Positions 41,050 to 51,366 of a stretch of DNA of 64,000 bases are shown piece by piece. Position numbers and translations under genes: made by a program. The stretch is from Thermodesulfobacteriota bacterium. Its GTDB lineage: Bacteria > Desulfobacterota > Desulfobulbia > Desulfobulbales > SURF-16. The stretch spans positions 23,402-87,401 of the forward strand of contig JBDLIE010000007.1 of assembly GCA_039715015.1 (NCBI GenBank), written 5' to 3'. Position 1 is the first letter of the stretch. Every line of letters starts with the position of its first letter. The notes under the pieces are model-generated. The model saw only the letters and a program-made list of their open reading frames with translations. It was not told the DNA's origin and made no database searches.

Positions 41050-42828
41050 TTGAATCTTTTTTACAAGAACCTCACCATCTGGCTCATTATTGGACTTACT
41101 GCTATCCTTGTCCTCAATCTTTTCAAAGGGCAGCCTGAAACGGTCAACGTTCTTAGTTACACAGAATTTGTTAATAAGGTTAAAAGTGGGGTTGTCACTA
41201 ACTTTTCGCTTAGTAAAAATACAGCGTCCTGGAAAGACTCTAATGGTGCACGTTTTCGCTCTGTTATTCCTGAGGACCCTTCTGCTGTTCAACATTTCCT
41301 TGACGCAGGCGCTAAAATCGAGGTCATCCCCACCCGCGAACCCAATTGGTTTATCCGTACACTCCTCTCCTGGTTCCCCATCCTTATTCTGGTTGCCATC
41401 TGGTTCTTTTTTATGAGAAAAGGCAGCAATCAAGGCGGTGGTGGCAAGGCCATGGCCTTCGGCAAGAGCAAGGCCCAATTAATTGATGCCCAGGAATCCA
41501 ATGTCCGCTTTAAAGACGTTGCCGGTATTGATGAGGCAAAAGAAGAGCTTGTAGAAATTGTCGATTTCCTTAAAGATCCAACTAAATTTACCGAAGCTGG
41601 GGCCCGTATTCCTACAGGGGTACTCCTTTATGGTGAACCAGGAACAGGCAAAACCCTTCTTGCCAAAGCAATTGCCGGTGAGGCTGGAGTTACCTTTTTT
41701 TCCATCAGTGGTTCCAATTTTGTTGAGATGTATGTGGGAATCGGCGCCAGTCGTGTCCGGGACCTTTTTGCTGAAGGTAAAAAGAAGGCGCCTTGCATTA
41801 TCTTTATTGATGAGATTGACGCAGTTGGTCGGCACCGAAGCTCTGGGGCTGCCGGTGGTAACGATGAACGCGAGCAGACGTTAAACCAGCTCTTGGTTGA
41901 GATGGATGGCTTTGAAGTCAACGATAAGGTTATCATTGTTGCCGCCACTAACCGACTCGACATCCTTGACCAGGCCCTGCTCAGGCCTGGCCGTTTCGAT
42001 CGCCAGGTTATGGTCCCTCTCCCTGATGTCCTTGGTCGTGAACATATCCTTAAGGTCCATGCCGAAAAGATCAAGGCATCTCCAGACATTGACTGGAAAA
42101 CCGTTGCCAAATCCACTCCTGGTTTCTCTGGGGCTGAACTTGCCAATATGATTAATGAGGCTGCCTTAATGGTTGCCCGCCGCGGCGGCAACGTCACCAT
42201 GGACGACCTAGATGCCGCCAAGGATAAGGTGATGATGGGGGCAGAACGCCGCTCCATGATTATCACAGAAGAGGAGAAAAGAATTACCGCTTACCACGAA
42301 GTGGGCCATGCCCTGGTGGCATGGATGCTTCCTGGCGCTGACCCTGTACATAAGGTGACCATTGTCCCTAGGGGGAAAGCCCTAGGGCTTACCATGCAGC
42401 TTCCAGAAACCGAGAAGCATTCCCACTCGTACACCTATCTCTTCAACAACCTCTGCACCCTTCTTGGTGGTCGTATCGCCGAAGAGCTTATCTTTGATGA
42501 AATAACCACTGGTTCCGGCAATGACATCGAGCGAGTTAGTGATCTGGCCCGCAAGATGGTATGCGAGTGGGGCATGAGTAAGAATATTGGCCCCATTGTG
42601 TTCAAGGCTGCAGAGCAACCTGGCGCCACAAACCCCCTGGTTAGTGAAGAGTCAATTAAAGAGATCAATTCTGAGATCAAAGACCTTGTGGACACAGCCC
42701 ATGACACAGCCCGCAAAATCTTAACGGATAATATGGCAATTATGGAAGCCATCACCGAAGAGCTGCTTGAAAAAGAAACCATTTCAAACAGAGACATCCA
42801 GGTCATCATTGATCAGCATAAAACCTGA
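41050..42828 (+). CDS. ftsH: ATP-dependent zinc metalloprotease FtsH, paralogue 1
   Basis: 2 [46 protein letters not shown]. Confidence 0.95.
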   Translation: MNLFYKNLTIWLIIGLTAILVLNLFKGQPETVNVLSYTEFVNKVKSGVVTNFSLSKNTASWKDSNGARFRSVIPEDPSAVQHFLDAGAKIEVIPTREPNWFIRTLLSWFPILILVAIWFFFMRKGSNQGGGGKAMAFGKSKAQLIDAQESNVRFKDVAGIDEAKEELVEIVDFLKDPTKFTEAGARIPTGVLLYGEPGTGKTLLAKAIAGEAGVTFFSISGSNFVEMYVGIGASRVRDLFAEGKKKAPCIIFIDEIDAVGRHRSSGAAGGNDEREQTLNQLLVEMDGFEVNDKVIIVAATNRLDILDQALLRPGRFDRQVMVPLPDVLGREHILKVHAEKIKASPDIDWKTVAKSTPGFSGAELANMINEAALMVARRGGNVTMDDLDAAKDKVMMGAERRSMIITEEEKRITAYHEVGHALVAWMLPGADPVHKVTIVPRGKALGLTMQLPETEKHSHSYTYLFNNLCTLLGGRIAEELIFDEITTGSGNDIERVSDLARKMVCEWGMSKNIGPIVFKAAEQPGATNPLVSEESIKEINSEIKDLVDTAHDTARKILTDNMAIMEAITEELLEKETISNRDIQVIIDQHKT

Positions 42829-42851
42829 TCAACTCAGTAGGAACAACAAGA

Positions 42852-42908
42852 GGAACTGCCATAAAAAAAGAGACATCTAAACGATGTCTCTTTTTTTATG
42901 GCAGTTCC
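42852..42908. terminator. Bidirectional intrinsic terminator
   Basis: 26-bp perfect stem GGAACTGCCATAAAAAAAGAGACATC / GATGTCTCTTTTTTTATGGCAGTTCC. Confidence 0.85.
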
Positions 42909-42928
42909 ATGTGTGCGCCTTCGCGCCA

Positions 42929-44758
42929 TCAGCCTTTTTTTATAAATACCATTCGTACGGTGGTATATTCACCCTGAACACTTTCAATATGCAGTGAGCC
43001 GTCAAGGGCTTCGGCGATATCGTGGCCTATGGACAGCCCCATGCCTGCGCTGGTCAACTCTGGCCAGCTACTAAAACCTGGCTCCATCACCTGATCAAGA
43101 TCTTCATCTGCGATACCAATCCCATAATCCTTGATATCAATCTCAACTCCGTTCTGGCCATCAACAAGAGCACTTTGCCCAGAAACCTCAATACGTTTCA
43201 TCTCGTCATGCCCGGGAAAACGTTCATTCAAGGCCTGCCGGCAATTAATGAGAACCCCCAACAGGAGCTGCTGCAACTGCCCTGCCTGGCAATGCCACTC
43301 AGGCAATTTAGCAATATCAAGCTCTACATTAATACCATCCTGTTTGTAAAGGGGAGCCATGAGAGCGAGGGCATTGCCAATGACCCTGGTTATATTTACC
43401 ATTTCACGGGCAGCAGAATCGCCTTGGCCAAAAGCAAGGAGATTTGAGGCCAAGCCGGTGATCTTATCCCCCTGTCCGATAATTTTATGAAGAATATCAC
43501 CGCTCCGCTCATCCTCTTCCACGTCAACAAGAAGCTGAGCAAAATTAATGATACCATTGCCAATATTGCTCACCTCATGGGCAACCCCGCAGGCCAGTTC
43601 ACCAATGGCTGTAAGCTGGGAAACCCGCACCAACTCCTTTTTTCTGTTTTTTTCATTTGCCAGATCATTTTGCAGGGCCTGAATATTACTCTTGTCCGCA
43701 GTTACATCATAGCCAAAGCAGCGGACCAGGCAGCCATCCTCGGCGCATTGACTCATCATAAAAATTGCCCGTACAACTTTATTTTGATCCGGATCAGTGC
43801 CCCGCAGGATGAATTCTTGCGAACCCAGCTCGGCTAGTTTACGGACATCCAAGATTTCTCCGCACCCTTCCGGGGCCTGGAAGAAGGTATCCCACTTCTT
43901 CCCGGATAATCCCCCCTCCGGGTAGCCGCAGGCAATCTCCATCTCTTTATTCACCTGGCACATGTGACCTGTTTCATCTATCTCAGTCCAGATGCCTCCC
44001 AGTGAAGCAACCATCTCGCCGCTCACCTGGCGACATTTCTGTAGACGAATGGACACGGCCTCTTTGAGGTCCTGCTGTTCATTAATAATTTGCGCTAACA
44101 CCTGAGCCTCTTTGCTCTTGCCGGAGACAGCCACCTCATGAATCTCTCCTGCCAAAAGTCTGTCCGCATCATCCACTAAAAACCATAGGGGCGTTAACAG
44201 GCGGCGGTGAAACAGAACCAACATGCCCACCAGCAGCGAAACAGCCAAAGCACTGGCGCCAATCACCATATTCTGAAAACCGATGAGACGCTCACGGGAA
44301 GAGTTGACCAGCACACGATCAAAAAGCATGAGCCGCTCCCCCAAGGTCCGTATCTCACGACTCAAGCGCCGGTAATCCTCCTGGTTGGCTTCACCTGCCT
44401 CAACAGAACGTAGGAGGAGTACTATGCCGGGGAGATCAATGGAGTTGACCAGACTAAGCTTAAACTCCTCACCTATATGGCGGGTGTCAAGGACTTTTGT
44501 GAGGTTATAATTCAGGGTTTCCATCTCCTTACTCAGCCCCTCAAGGGGCATCTGCTCCCCTTCCATCAGGGCTGTGGAGATATGCTCACGGATAATTGAA
44601 AACTGGAATAGCAGCTTTTCCGTCTGTTCAACCACGCCCACCTGAGCATGATAAAGCTGCGACTGCCTTATGCCCATGAAGAGCAAGAGCACAAGGCTTA
44701 TGCTGATCACAAGGTAAAATGTATAGAGTATTTTCTTTAGGGGAAACGTGTCAGTCAT
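42929..44758 (-). CDS. Membrane sensor histidine kinase (partly divergent ATPase boxes)
   Basis: 2 TM, PAS-like region, GVAHEVSN H-box, DYGIGI, AGMGL. Confidence 0.8.
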   Translation of the reverse strand: MTDTFPLKKILYTFYLVISISLVLLLFMGIRQSQLYHAQVGVVEQTEKLLFQFSIIREHISTALMEGEQMPLEGLSKEMETLNYNLTKVLDTRHIGEEFKLSLVNSIDLPGIVLLLRSVEAGEANQEDYRRLSREIRTLGERLMLFDRVLVNSSRERLIGFQNMVIGASALAVSLLVGMLVLFHRRLLTPLWFLVDDADRLLAGEIHEVAVSGKSKEAQVLAQIINEQQDLKEAVSIRLQKCRQVSGEMVASLGGIWTEIDETGHMCQVNKEMEIACGYPEGGLSGKKWDTFFQAPEGCGEILDVRKLAELGSQEFILRGTDPDQNKVVRAIFMMSQCAEDGCLVRCFGYDVTADKSNIQALQNDLANEKNRKKELVRVSQLTAIGELACGVAHEVSNIGNGIINFAQLLVDVEEDERSGDILHKIIGQGDKITGLASNLLAFGQGDSAAREMVNITRVIGNALALMAPLYKQDGINVELDIAKLPEWHCQAGQLQQLLLGVLINCRQALNERFPGHDEMKRIEVSGQSALVDGQNGVEIDIKDYGIGIADEDLDQVMEPGFSSWPELTSAGMGLSIGHDIAEALDGSLHIESVQGEYTTVRMVFIKKG

Positions 44759-44879
44759 ACCAGAGACACCTCGTGTCAGCTCTCTTCTACAAAACAGAAA
44801 GCTTTGCTGTTAAGAGATCGTTTGATTACGAGCCCATGCACCAATAGTCACCATGCCCGCGCTCGTCATCAAAGCAGAT

Positions 44880-44915
44880 CCTGGGGGAACCGGAAACCAA
44901 CCAGGGTCCCCCAGG
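44880..44915. other. Intergenic stem-loop between the hybB/hmcC-like gene and the kinase
   Basis: CCTGGGGGA...TCCCCCAGG. Confidence 0.45.
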
Positions 44916-44929
44916 CATAAACCACCGAA

Positions 44930-46186
44930 CTATTTAGAGTCACCCTTCCAGGTAAAGAGGATGGGTAAACGACACAGGCAAGCGCGGTAAACAAGGATAT
45001 AGGTAGCGTAGATTGTGACGGTAATCACAGCCTCGCGCCAATGGGGAATCTCCTGATAAAGATTCCAGTTAAAGGTGATCAAGGCAGTATTAAGACGGTT
45101 AAGCAGAATACCGACCACAGCTATCAAGGCTGCAAAACGGGCAATCTTGGCACTCTGGTTTCTAATGGCGACGGTATAAAGAAAGAGCGGCAGGATAACC
45201 CCTAAGCAAATTTCAAAAATATACCACTGTCCCCAACCTGTGAAGAGCAGGCCCCACTCATTATCATGGGCAATGGCAGTCAGCTTGATAATAAGATAGG
45301 TAATAAGGGCCAAGGAGGCGCCCTTGGCAAGGCCCAGGGTGATGCGATCAAGATTGTCTAAAAAGTTATCGTCACAGCGCCACTTCAGGAACCCCTTTGC
45401 CAGGGTGGAGACAACAATCAACATTGAAAGCCCTGCAAAAATGGATGAACAGAAGAAGTGGAACCACTGAAAACTGTATGAGTACCAGAGCGGGTGCACC
45501 TTGCCCGGCGCATAGGTGAACAAGGCCCCCAATGCTCCCTGATGCAGGGTGGAGAGGATAATACCTGCCACAGTGAGACCAAGAACAATGGACTTGACGA
45601 ATTTCTTCGGCGCCTTCCAGCCCATCATCTCACTGGCGGCCGGCACAAGCTCGGCAACCTGTACTGATAGATAGGTGGCAACATGCCAGGCCACGAGAAA
45701 AAGTACCGCAGCCGGTCCCAAGGAAACAAACATGGGATAAACAAGGCGCCACGGCTGACCGAGATCGGCCTGGAGGAACATAACAGCAAACAAATAACCG
45801 AGCAGACCATTGAGGAGTCCCAGACGTTCAATGGGTTTAAAATCCTTACGGCCAAAAAGTTCCACGGTGGTGCCAAGCATAAATCCCGAGGCAGAAAGAG
45901 GGACCATACAAAAAAGTCCCCAGCCAAGAAAGAGCCCCCAGGGGTAATCGTAACTACTGTGGGTAGCCCAGCCAAGACCATAATAAAAACGGCCAAGAAG
46001 GACTGGTACGCCAATGGCGTAAATAATCGCAAAAACCCAGTTAAAGGGATTGCGAACAAGTTGTTTCATGTAATCTCCAGGGCTGAGGCCCAAGAGCAAT
46101 TTTTCCTTCAGAGTCCACTGCGTGTTCGACCCTGGCTTCATGAGTGTATCAACAGGCTCTAAGCCTTGTGCTACAAATGTTTTCAT
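44930..46186 (-). CDS. HybB/HmcC-like NrfD-family membrane protein (paralogue 3)
   Basis: YPWGLF, DLGQPWRL, LSTLHQGALGALF, KVHPLWY, LNRLN. Confidence 0.88.
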   Translation of the reverse strand: MKTFVAQGLEPVDTLMKPGSNTQWTLKEKLLLGLSPGDYMKQLVRNPFNWVFAIIYAIGVPVLLGRFYYGLGWATHSSYDYPWGLFLGWGLFCMVPLSASGFMLGTTVELFGRKDFKPIERLGLLNGLLGYLFAVMFLQADLGQPWRLVYPMFVSLGPAAVLFLVAWHVATYLSVQVAELVPAASEMMGWKAPKKFVKSIVLGLTVAGIILSTLHQGALGALFTYAPGKVHPLWYSYSFQWFHFFCSSIFAGLSMLIVVSTLAKGFLKWRCDDNFLDNLDRITLGLAKGASLALITYLIIKLTAIAHDNEWGLLFTGWGQWYIFEICLGVILPLFLYTVAIRNQSAKIARFAALIAVVGILLNRLNTALITFNWNLYQEIPHWREAVITVTIYATYILVYRACLCRLPILFTWKGDSK

Positions 46187-46198
46187 TGAATTATCCTC

Positions 46199-47128
46199 CT
46201 AGCTTGCGCTCTCTTCATTCTTATTTGCATCCTTGCGGGTTGCCAGGAGATGGAAACCCGTAAAGAGCGCTGGCCAGATCGTCAGAACCATGGGTACGAT
46301 TGCCAGGAACTCCTTGACATAGTTGATGATTGGCTGCTTGCCGAGATGGGTGTCAAAACCAATCTCTTCAAAGGGCGCATCTTGCGATGTCAGGTACATC
46401 CAGGAGGTCCCTCCCACTTCGTCTTCACCATAGACATGCTTGGCATACTTATCGGGACGCCCTTCAATGGTCTTATGGGCCAAGCCGATAAGATCTTTAC
46501 GCTTTCCAAAGGTCATGACCTGTTGTGGGCAGGCTTCAACACATGCAGGCGGTCTGCCAAACTTCAGGCGGGTGTCGTAGCACATGATACATTTTTTGAT
46601 CACCGGATTTATTGCTGAAGAATAGCTATAGGCCGGGATATAGAAAGGACAGGCAATCATGCATGTTCGACAACCAACACAGACCTTGGGGTCATAAATT
46701 ACAGCTCCCTCAGGGGTCTTTGTGTAGGCATTAACAAAACATGAGGTAAGACAGGCAGGCTCTTGGCAATGGTTACACTGGACCTTGCGGAAAAGCGGGT
46801 GCTCGCGTCCTTCAACATCATACTTATTGACGACGGTATATGCCTTTTCAGAGGTACGGCGTGGCAGTCCGCCATGGCGATGCTCCTCATAGACAGTCAT
46901 GTCGTCAAATGGTTTATCTGGAACGGGAAGGCTTTGCTCCTTATTACAGGCAGCTTCACAGGTTCGGCAGCCGATGCATTTCGTCAGATCGACCAGCACA
47001 CCCATACTATCAGGGTACCCCCCGAAGTCACCCGCGGCGTCAGCCTTTTTAGCCGACCCTACTGCAGCTGCTGCAACACCGCTGGCTAGGCCGCCTTTTA
47101 AAAATGACCTACGGTTTAATTTCTTCAT
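46199..47128 (-). CDS. HybA/HmcB-like Tat-exported 4x[4Fe-4S] protein with C-terminal membrane anchor
   Basis: NRRSFLK; four Cys clusters; YGEDEVGGTSWMYL; C-terminal TM. Confidence 0.9.
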   Translation of the reverse strand: MKKLNRRSFLKGGLASGVAAAAVGSAKKADAAGDFGGYPDSMGVLVDLTKCIGCRTCEAACNKEQSLPVPDKPFDDMTVYEEHRHGGLPRRTSEKAYTVVNKYDVEGREHPLFRKVQCNHCQEPACLTSCFVNAYTKTPEGAVIYDPKVCVGCRTCMIACPFYIPAYSYSSAINPVIKKCIMCYDTRLKFGRPPACVEACPQQVMTFGKRKDLIGLAHKTIEGRPDKYAKHVYGEDEVGGTSWMYLTSQDAPFEEIGFDTHLGKQPIINYVKEFLAIVPMVLTIWPALFTGFHLLATRKDANKNEESAS

Positions 47129-47202
47129 ACTCTCACCTTTTTCAAAAAATCAAATACGAACGAATGTCTCAGTGGTATGGCAAACATTTCATTCGTCATA
47201 AA

Positions 47203-47733
47203 TTAATGATGGCCACCACCATCGCCTTCGGCCTTTGGTTCCGGGGCATATTTTCCGGTGTTATAGTACTTCTCACCAGCGTCGGTCATCCCATGACAAT
47301 CAGTACATCCGGTGGGTGCACCATTTTTCTCATGGCAACCAAGACAGTTTTGATGATATGCAGCTTTCAAACTGGGCTTACTTCTATGATTCAGCAGGGG
47401 GGTATCCCACGCCTTTTTCATGTTTTCTGCAGCAAAGACATCTTTCACGTGGCAGGATTTACAGCTTGGATCATCTGTCTCAGGGCTGTTGGCATGACAG
47501 GTGACACAAAGTGGGTCCGTGGGAGGAGTGCCTGCAGTATGATGATGACACTCCGCACAATTTTCTTCTGCAGCTTCGATATGCATATCATGATCGAAAC
47601 TTACCCCCTCATACAGGTTCTTCATGCTGTTGAGCTCAAAGACCTCTGCATTGGCGGGTCCTGGAAGTGACCAGGGGCTCACCATGGCCGCCATGAGGGC
47701 TAGTCCAAGCAGCTTCCTCTTTTTAATACCCAT
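47203..47733 (-). CDS. Periplasmic pentaheme cytochrome c (class III / c3-like)
   Basis: Signal peptide; VSFDHDMH; CAECH, CVTCH, CKSCH, CLGCH, CTDCH. Confidence 0.88.
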   Translation of the reverse strand: MGIKKRKLLGLALMAAMVSPWSLPGPANAEVFELNSMKNLYEGVSFDHDMHIEAAEENCAECHHHTAGTPPTDPLCVTCHANSPETDDPSCKSCHVKDVFAAENMKKAWDTPLLNHRSKPSLKAAYHQNCLGCHEKNGAPTGCTDCHGMTDAGEKYYNTGKYAPEPKAEGDGGGHH

Positions 47734-48123
47734 TGTTACTCTCCTTTGTTGGATTTACGTTCACAACTAAAACAGTGCTATTGAGAATGATCCCTGCAGA
47801 CACCAGGCATTTAAAGAATCGGTTGTCTCTCTCCAGATACGCCTTGAAGTGAATCTCAAACCAACATGCCCGGGGAAATGCCTCTTGGCAGATCAACTCT
47901 ATTTAAAAAAATCATTTCACTGGCTGCTTACTGTTTACTTACCGTGAAGTCCGCAAACTCTCTTTTGGCCCAGAAACTGCCCATTTCGTATAACAACCCA
48001 AAATAACTGGGCATTCTTCTGCCATTTCTCTTTGACTAGAAAATGAGTGCACATTCAGTGCCATGTCCCCTCAGAATGAGCAGAATGGCTATTCACTGTT
48101 CTCGACCTTGGCCCTGCCAACCT

Positions 48124-48139
48124 TGCCAACAACCTGCCA
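48124..48139 (-). promoter_or_regulatory. sigma54-like promoter of the cytochrome-hybA-hybB operon
   Basis: TGGCAGGTTGTTGGCA, GG-N10-GC (non-canonical -14 base). Confidence 0.55.
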
Positions 48140-48224
48140 GGCTTTTCATGCCCAAAAAAAATTCATTTTTTTCTTTAATGCCGAAAGAGCTCAACAGACC
48201 TGTGGCGGAAATGTGTTGCACAAA

Positions 48225-48268
48225 GTGTTGCATGCCACACATGTGTGGCCACACTTGTGTGGCATGCA
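48225..48268. promoter_or_regulatory. Activator motif B within a 40-bp near-perfect palindrome
   Basis: GTGTTGCATGCCACA 48225-48239; TGCATGCCACACATGTGTGG|CCACACTTGTGTGGCATGCA 48229-48268. Confidence 0.65.
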
Positions 48269-48450
48269 GCGGACCCTAAAAAAGGCCTTTTAGAGGGGCT
48301 AAATAACCAGTGGAAATAAAAATAGCCTTGAGCGAGAAGAATTTCTCACAAAAGGCTATTAATTACGGGCAGAACCAGCCCATCACCAGTACTGAAATCA
48401 GCAGGTGAATCTATAAAAAAGAGTGTTGCACCAAAGATGGGCCATAAACA

Positions 48451-50220
48451 TCAGGCGCTTTCGTTCATAATCACTTCAACCTCATCACCATTAATGGTTT
48501 CCTTCTCCAACAGGTGGCGCGACAGGTTATGGAGGAAGTCATCCTTGCCCTGGAGAATAATCATGGTTTCCTGGAGACAATCTTCTATGATCTTATTGAT
48601 TTCACTATCAATAAGCTGGCCGGTAGCCTCACTATAGGCCAAACGTTGCGAACTGCCACCAAGGAACCCTTGATCACCTGCAACATAGGCTCGCGGCCCT
48701 AAGGCTGGGCTCATACCCCACTCGCACACCATTCGTGAGGCGATATCGGTGGCAACCTGCAAGTCATTACTGGCGCCCGTTGTAAATCGGTTGAAAACAA
48801 TCTCCTCAGCGGTGCGGCCTCCCAGCAAGATTTTAATCCGGTCCATTAGATACTCACGGCTATAGGAATGACGATCATCCAGGGGAACCTGCTGGGTGAC
48901 ACCCATAGCGCGGCCACGGGGGATAATGGTAATTTTATGAACCGGGTCAGCCTCAGGCAAAAGCATGGCAACAATGGCGTGGCCGGCCTCATGATAAGCG
49001 GTGACCTTCTTTTCTTCATCACGGATTACCATGCCCTTACGTTCGGCCCCCATGAGAATCTTATCTTTGGCCTCCTCGATATCAACAAGATCGACCTGGT
49101 CCTTGCCCTTCCGGGCCGCCATCAAGGCCGCCTCATTCATCAAGTTAGCAAGCTCGGCACCCGTGAAACCAGGAGTAGTGGCGGCAACAATATCCATGGT
49201 GACATCTTCACCCATGGTGATATTACGGCCATGGACTGCGAGAATCATGGCCCTTCCTTTGACATCTGGTGGAAGAATAGTTACCTGGCGATCAAAACGC
49301 CCAGGACGGAGCAAGGCAGGGTCAAGGACATCCGGTCTATTTGTGGCAGCCACGATAATAACTGTCTCATGGCTCTGAAAACCGTCCATCTCAACAAGAA
49401 GAGCATTCAAGGTTTGTTCACGTTCATCCCCGCCCCCCTGACTCATGCCGCCACTACCGCGTGAACGGCCTACCGCATCAATTTCATCGATAAAAATGAT
49501 GCACGGGCTATTCTTTTTGGCCTGCTCAAAAAGGTTACGCACCCTTGAGGCCCCAACCCCCACATACATTTCAACAAAATCAGAACCACTTAGTGAGAAA
49601 AATGGCACCCCGGCCTCACCGGCAATAGCCTTGGCAAGAAGGGTCTTACCAGTGCCAGGGGGGCCCTGCAAAAGAACGCCCTTGGGGATCCTGCCGCCAA
49701 GCCTGGTAAACCTGCTGGAATCACGGAGAAAATCTACCGTTTCCATGAGCTCTTCTTTGGCCTCATCAATGCCGGCAACATCTGCAAAGGTGACCTTCCC
49801 AGCAACATCCTCGGGAACAAGAGAGTCTTTGCCCTTCATTCCAGGCTCATGTTGACGACTCTTACGAGACCAATACATCCACGCCCCAATGATAATAAGA
49901 AGAGGCAATGTCGACTCAAAGAAACCAAATGACTTTGGTTCGGGCCGAGCTCGAATGGTAATGTTCTTTGCCTCAAGCTTGGGGATTAACAACTTGATAT
50001 CAGGAGAGAAAGTTTGGAATTTTTGATCGTACTTATCGGTGGCGCTAATCTTATTACCAATGATCTCCACGCCTTTAATCTCGTCACTACGTAACTGGGC
50101 CAAAAAGGCCGTATAATCAACTGACGGGAGCCTTTTTTCCATACTCCAAGAACTGTAAATGCCGAGTCCGATCAACAAAACACCCAAAACGATAACGCCA
50201 TTGCGAATGGGATACTTCAT
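48451..50220 (-). CDS. ftsH: ATP-dependent zinc metalloprotease FtsH, paralogue 2
   Basis: 2 [29 protein letters not shown]. Confidence 0.95.
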   Translation of the reverse strand: MKYPIRNGVIVLGVLLIGLGIYSSWSMEKRLPSVDYTAFLAQLRSDEIKGVEIIGNKISATDKYDQKFQTFSPDIKLLIPKLEAKNITIRARPEPKSFGFFESTLPLLIIIGAWMYWSRKSRQHEPGMKGKDSLVPEDVAGKVTFADVAGIDEAKEELMETVDFLRDSSRFTRLGGRIPKGVLLQGPPGTGKTLLAKAIAGEAGVPFFSLSGSDFVEMYVGVGASRVRNLFEQAKKNSPCIIFIDEIDAVGRSRGSGGMSQGGGDEREQTLNALLVEMDGFQSHETVIIVAATNRPDVLDPALLRPGRFDRQVTILPPDVKGRAMILAVHGRNITMGEDVTMDIVAATTPGFTGAELANLMNEAALMAARKGKDQVDLVDIEEAKDKILMGAERKGMVIRDEEKKVTAYHEAGHAIVAMLLPEADPVHKITIIPRGRAMGVTQQVPLDDRHSYSREYLMDRIKILLGGRTAEEIVFNRFTTGASNDLQVATDIASRMVCEWGMSPALGPRAYVAGDQGFLGGSSQRLAYSEATGQLIDSEINKIIEDCLQETMIILQGKDDFLHNLSRHLLEKETINGDEVEVIMNESA

Positions 50221-50374
50221 CCTGATACTCCCTCCTCATTTATCGTGAATAACCACTCAATATTAGGTGAACATCAGCAAGACATCCACTACCTAAAAAA
50301 GCCGCGGACCTTCTAAATCATTCAACATTCTCCGGGGCTAGCTCACCATTTCATCGCTGTTTTTTTTAAGATAG

Positions 50375-50390
50375 AGCACGTTATGTGCCA
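50375..50390 (-). promoter_or_regulatory. sigma54 promoter of ftsH-2
   Basis: TGGCACATAACGTGCT (15/16 identical to the 40755 promoter). Confidence 0.75.
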
Positions 50391-50657
50391 TATAAAACCA
50401 GATCTGATCATTGGCTACTTTCCTCGCCAACCGGCAGGCAAAAAATCAAAGCCAGCCCCTCTCAACAAACCTAAAAAAGTGGCGAAAAAACGCTGAACGG
50501 CACACAGCAATAAAACAGTCAAAACGACTAGTTACACACACCAAAAGCCGCATTTCAAGCCTCCTCGGCTTTGATTTGACTGCTAGAACCATGATGACTG
50601 CTTCAACCTATAAAAGCAAGATTCAAAGCGCTGCCAGGAAAGTTGCACAGCACCATA

Positions 50658-50698
50658 TAAAAAAGCCTTCCTGTATAGTGAACAGGAAGGCTTTTTTA
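50658..50698. terminator. Intrinsic terminator after the HmcD-like gene
   Basis: TAAAAAAGCCTTCCTGT / ACAGGAAGGCTTTTTTA. Confidence 0.8.
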
Positions 50699-50756
50699 AA
50701 ACTGCCGGAAGGGCTTCTTGTAATAAAAAAACCCTTTATAACTGCAAGATGCAAAC

Positions 50757-51071
50757 TTACATCGCTTTTGCCTGCGCTGCTTCCGGAGCCTTATTGACAT
50801 ACTTGAAGTAAAGAGGAAACGCTACGAAGAAGGCACCGGCCATCAGATACTCGACACCTTTAATATGGGTATAAAAATCGACAAGAGTCTCATACTCACC
50901 AATATTATTGGTGGCGACAAGAAAATTTCTCATCATCTCCGTAACCTGCCAGTTTGTCGAGGCAAGACCAGTGATAAAGGCCATCATAGCCCAGATCCCA
51001 AAGGCGCCGCCAAGACCGGCCATAACACCTAAAAACACCTTTGCTCCTTTTGTTTCAACTTGCTCAGCCAT
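50757..51071 (-). CDS. Small 2-TM protein with HmcD-like C-terminal motif
   Basis: AAGGAGGAG RBS before ATG 51071; TLVDFYTHIKGVEYLMAGAFFVAFPLYFKYV resembles the HmcD-type TM motif (from memory). Confidence 0.6.
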   Translation of the reverse strand: MAEQVETKGAKVFLGVMAGLGGAFGIWAMMAFITGLASTNWQVTEMMRNFLVATNNIGEYETLVDFYTHIKGVEYLMAGAFFVAFPLYFKYVNKAPEAAQAKAM

Positions 51072-51135
51072 GCTTACTCCTCCTTTTTTATTATCTCCAA
51101 TTTGAGAATTTGTTTTCATGGTTACCTGAGCAATT

Positions 51136-51151
51136 AGCACATGCTATGCCA
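51136..51151 (-). promoter_or_regulatory. sigma54 promoter of the HmcD-like gene
   Basis: TGGCATAGCATGTGCT. Confidence 0.7.
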
Positions 51152-51230
51152 CACCACCTATTTTCCGCACAACTACTTGACATTACAACACTTATTCACA
51201 CAAAATGCCTTTAACTGCTTCCCTTGAGGT

Positions 51231-51245
51231 GTGTTGCACGCCACA
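51231..51245. promoter_or_regulatory. Activator motif B, second locus
   Basis: GTGTTGCACGCCACA, 14/15 identical to 48225-48239 and at a similar distance from a sigma54 promoter. Confidence 0.6.
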
Positions 51246-51366
51246 GGTTTATGCTACAATCATGCTGCGTATTTTTCCTGGGCGCTACACATGTGCCACA
51301 CATAAAGATACCCCTCCAGGGCGAACCAGGAAGGGGTATTTAAAAAGACTATTTTATTATTGTTAT

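Noticed and set aside
41479..49855. Long antisense ORFs over ftsH and nrfD genes (also over lepA, hisG and the PAS activator)
   Set aside because: Shadow frames of strongly conserved genes, without RBS or recognisable motifs
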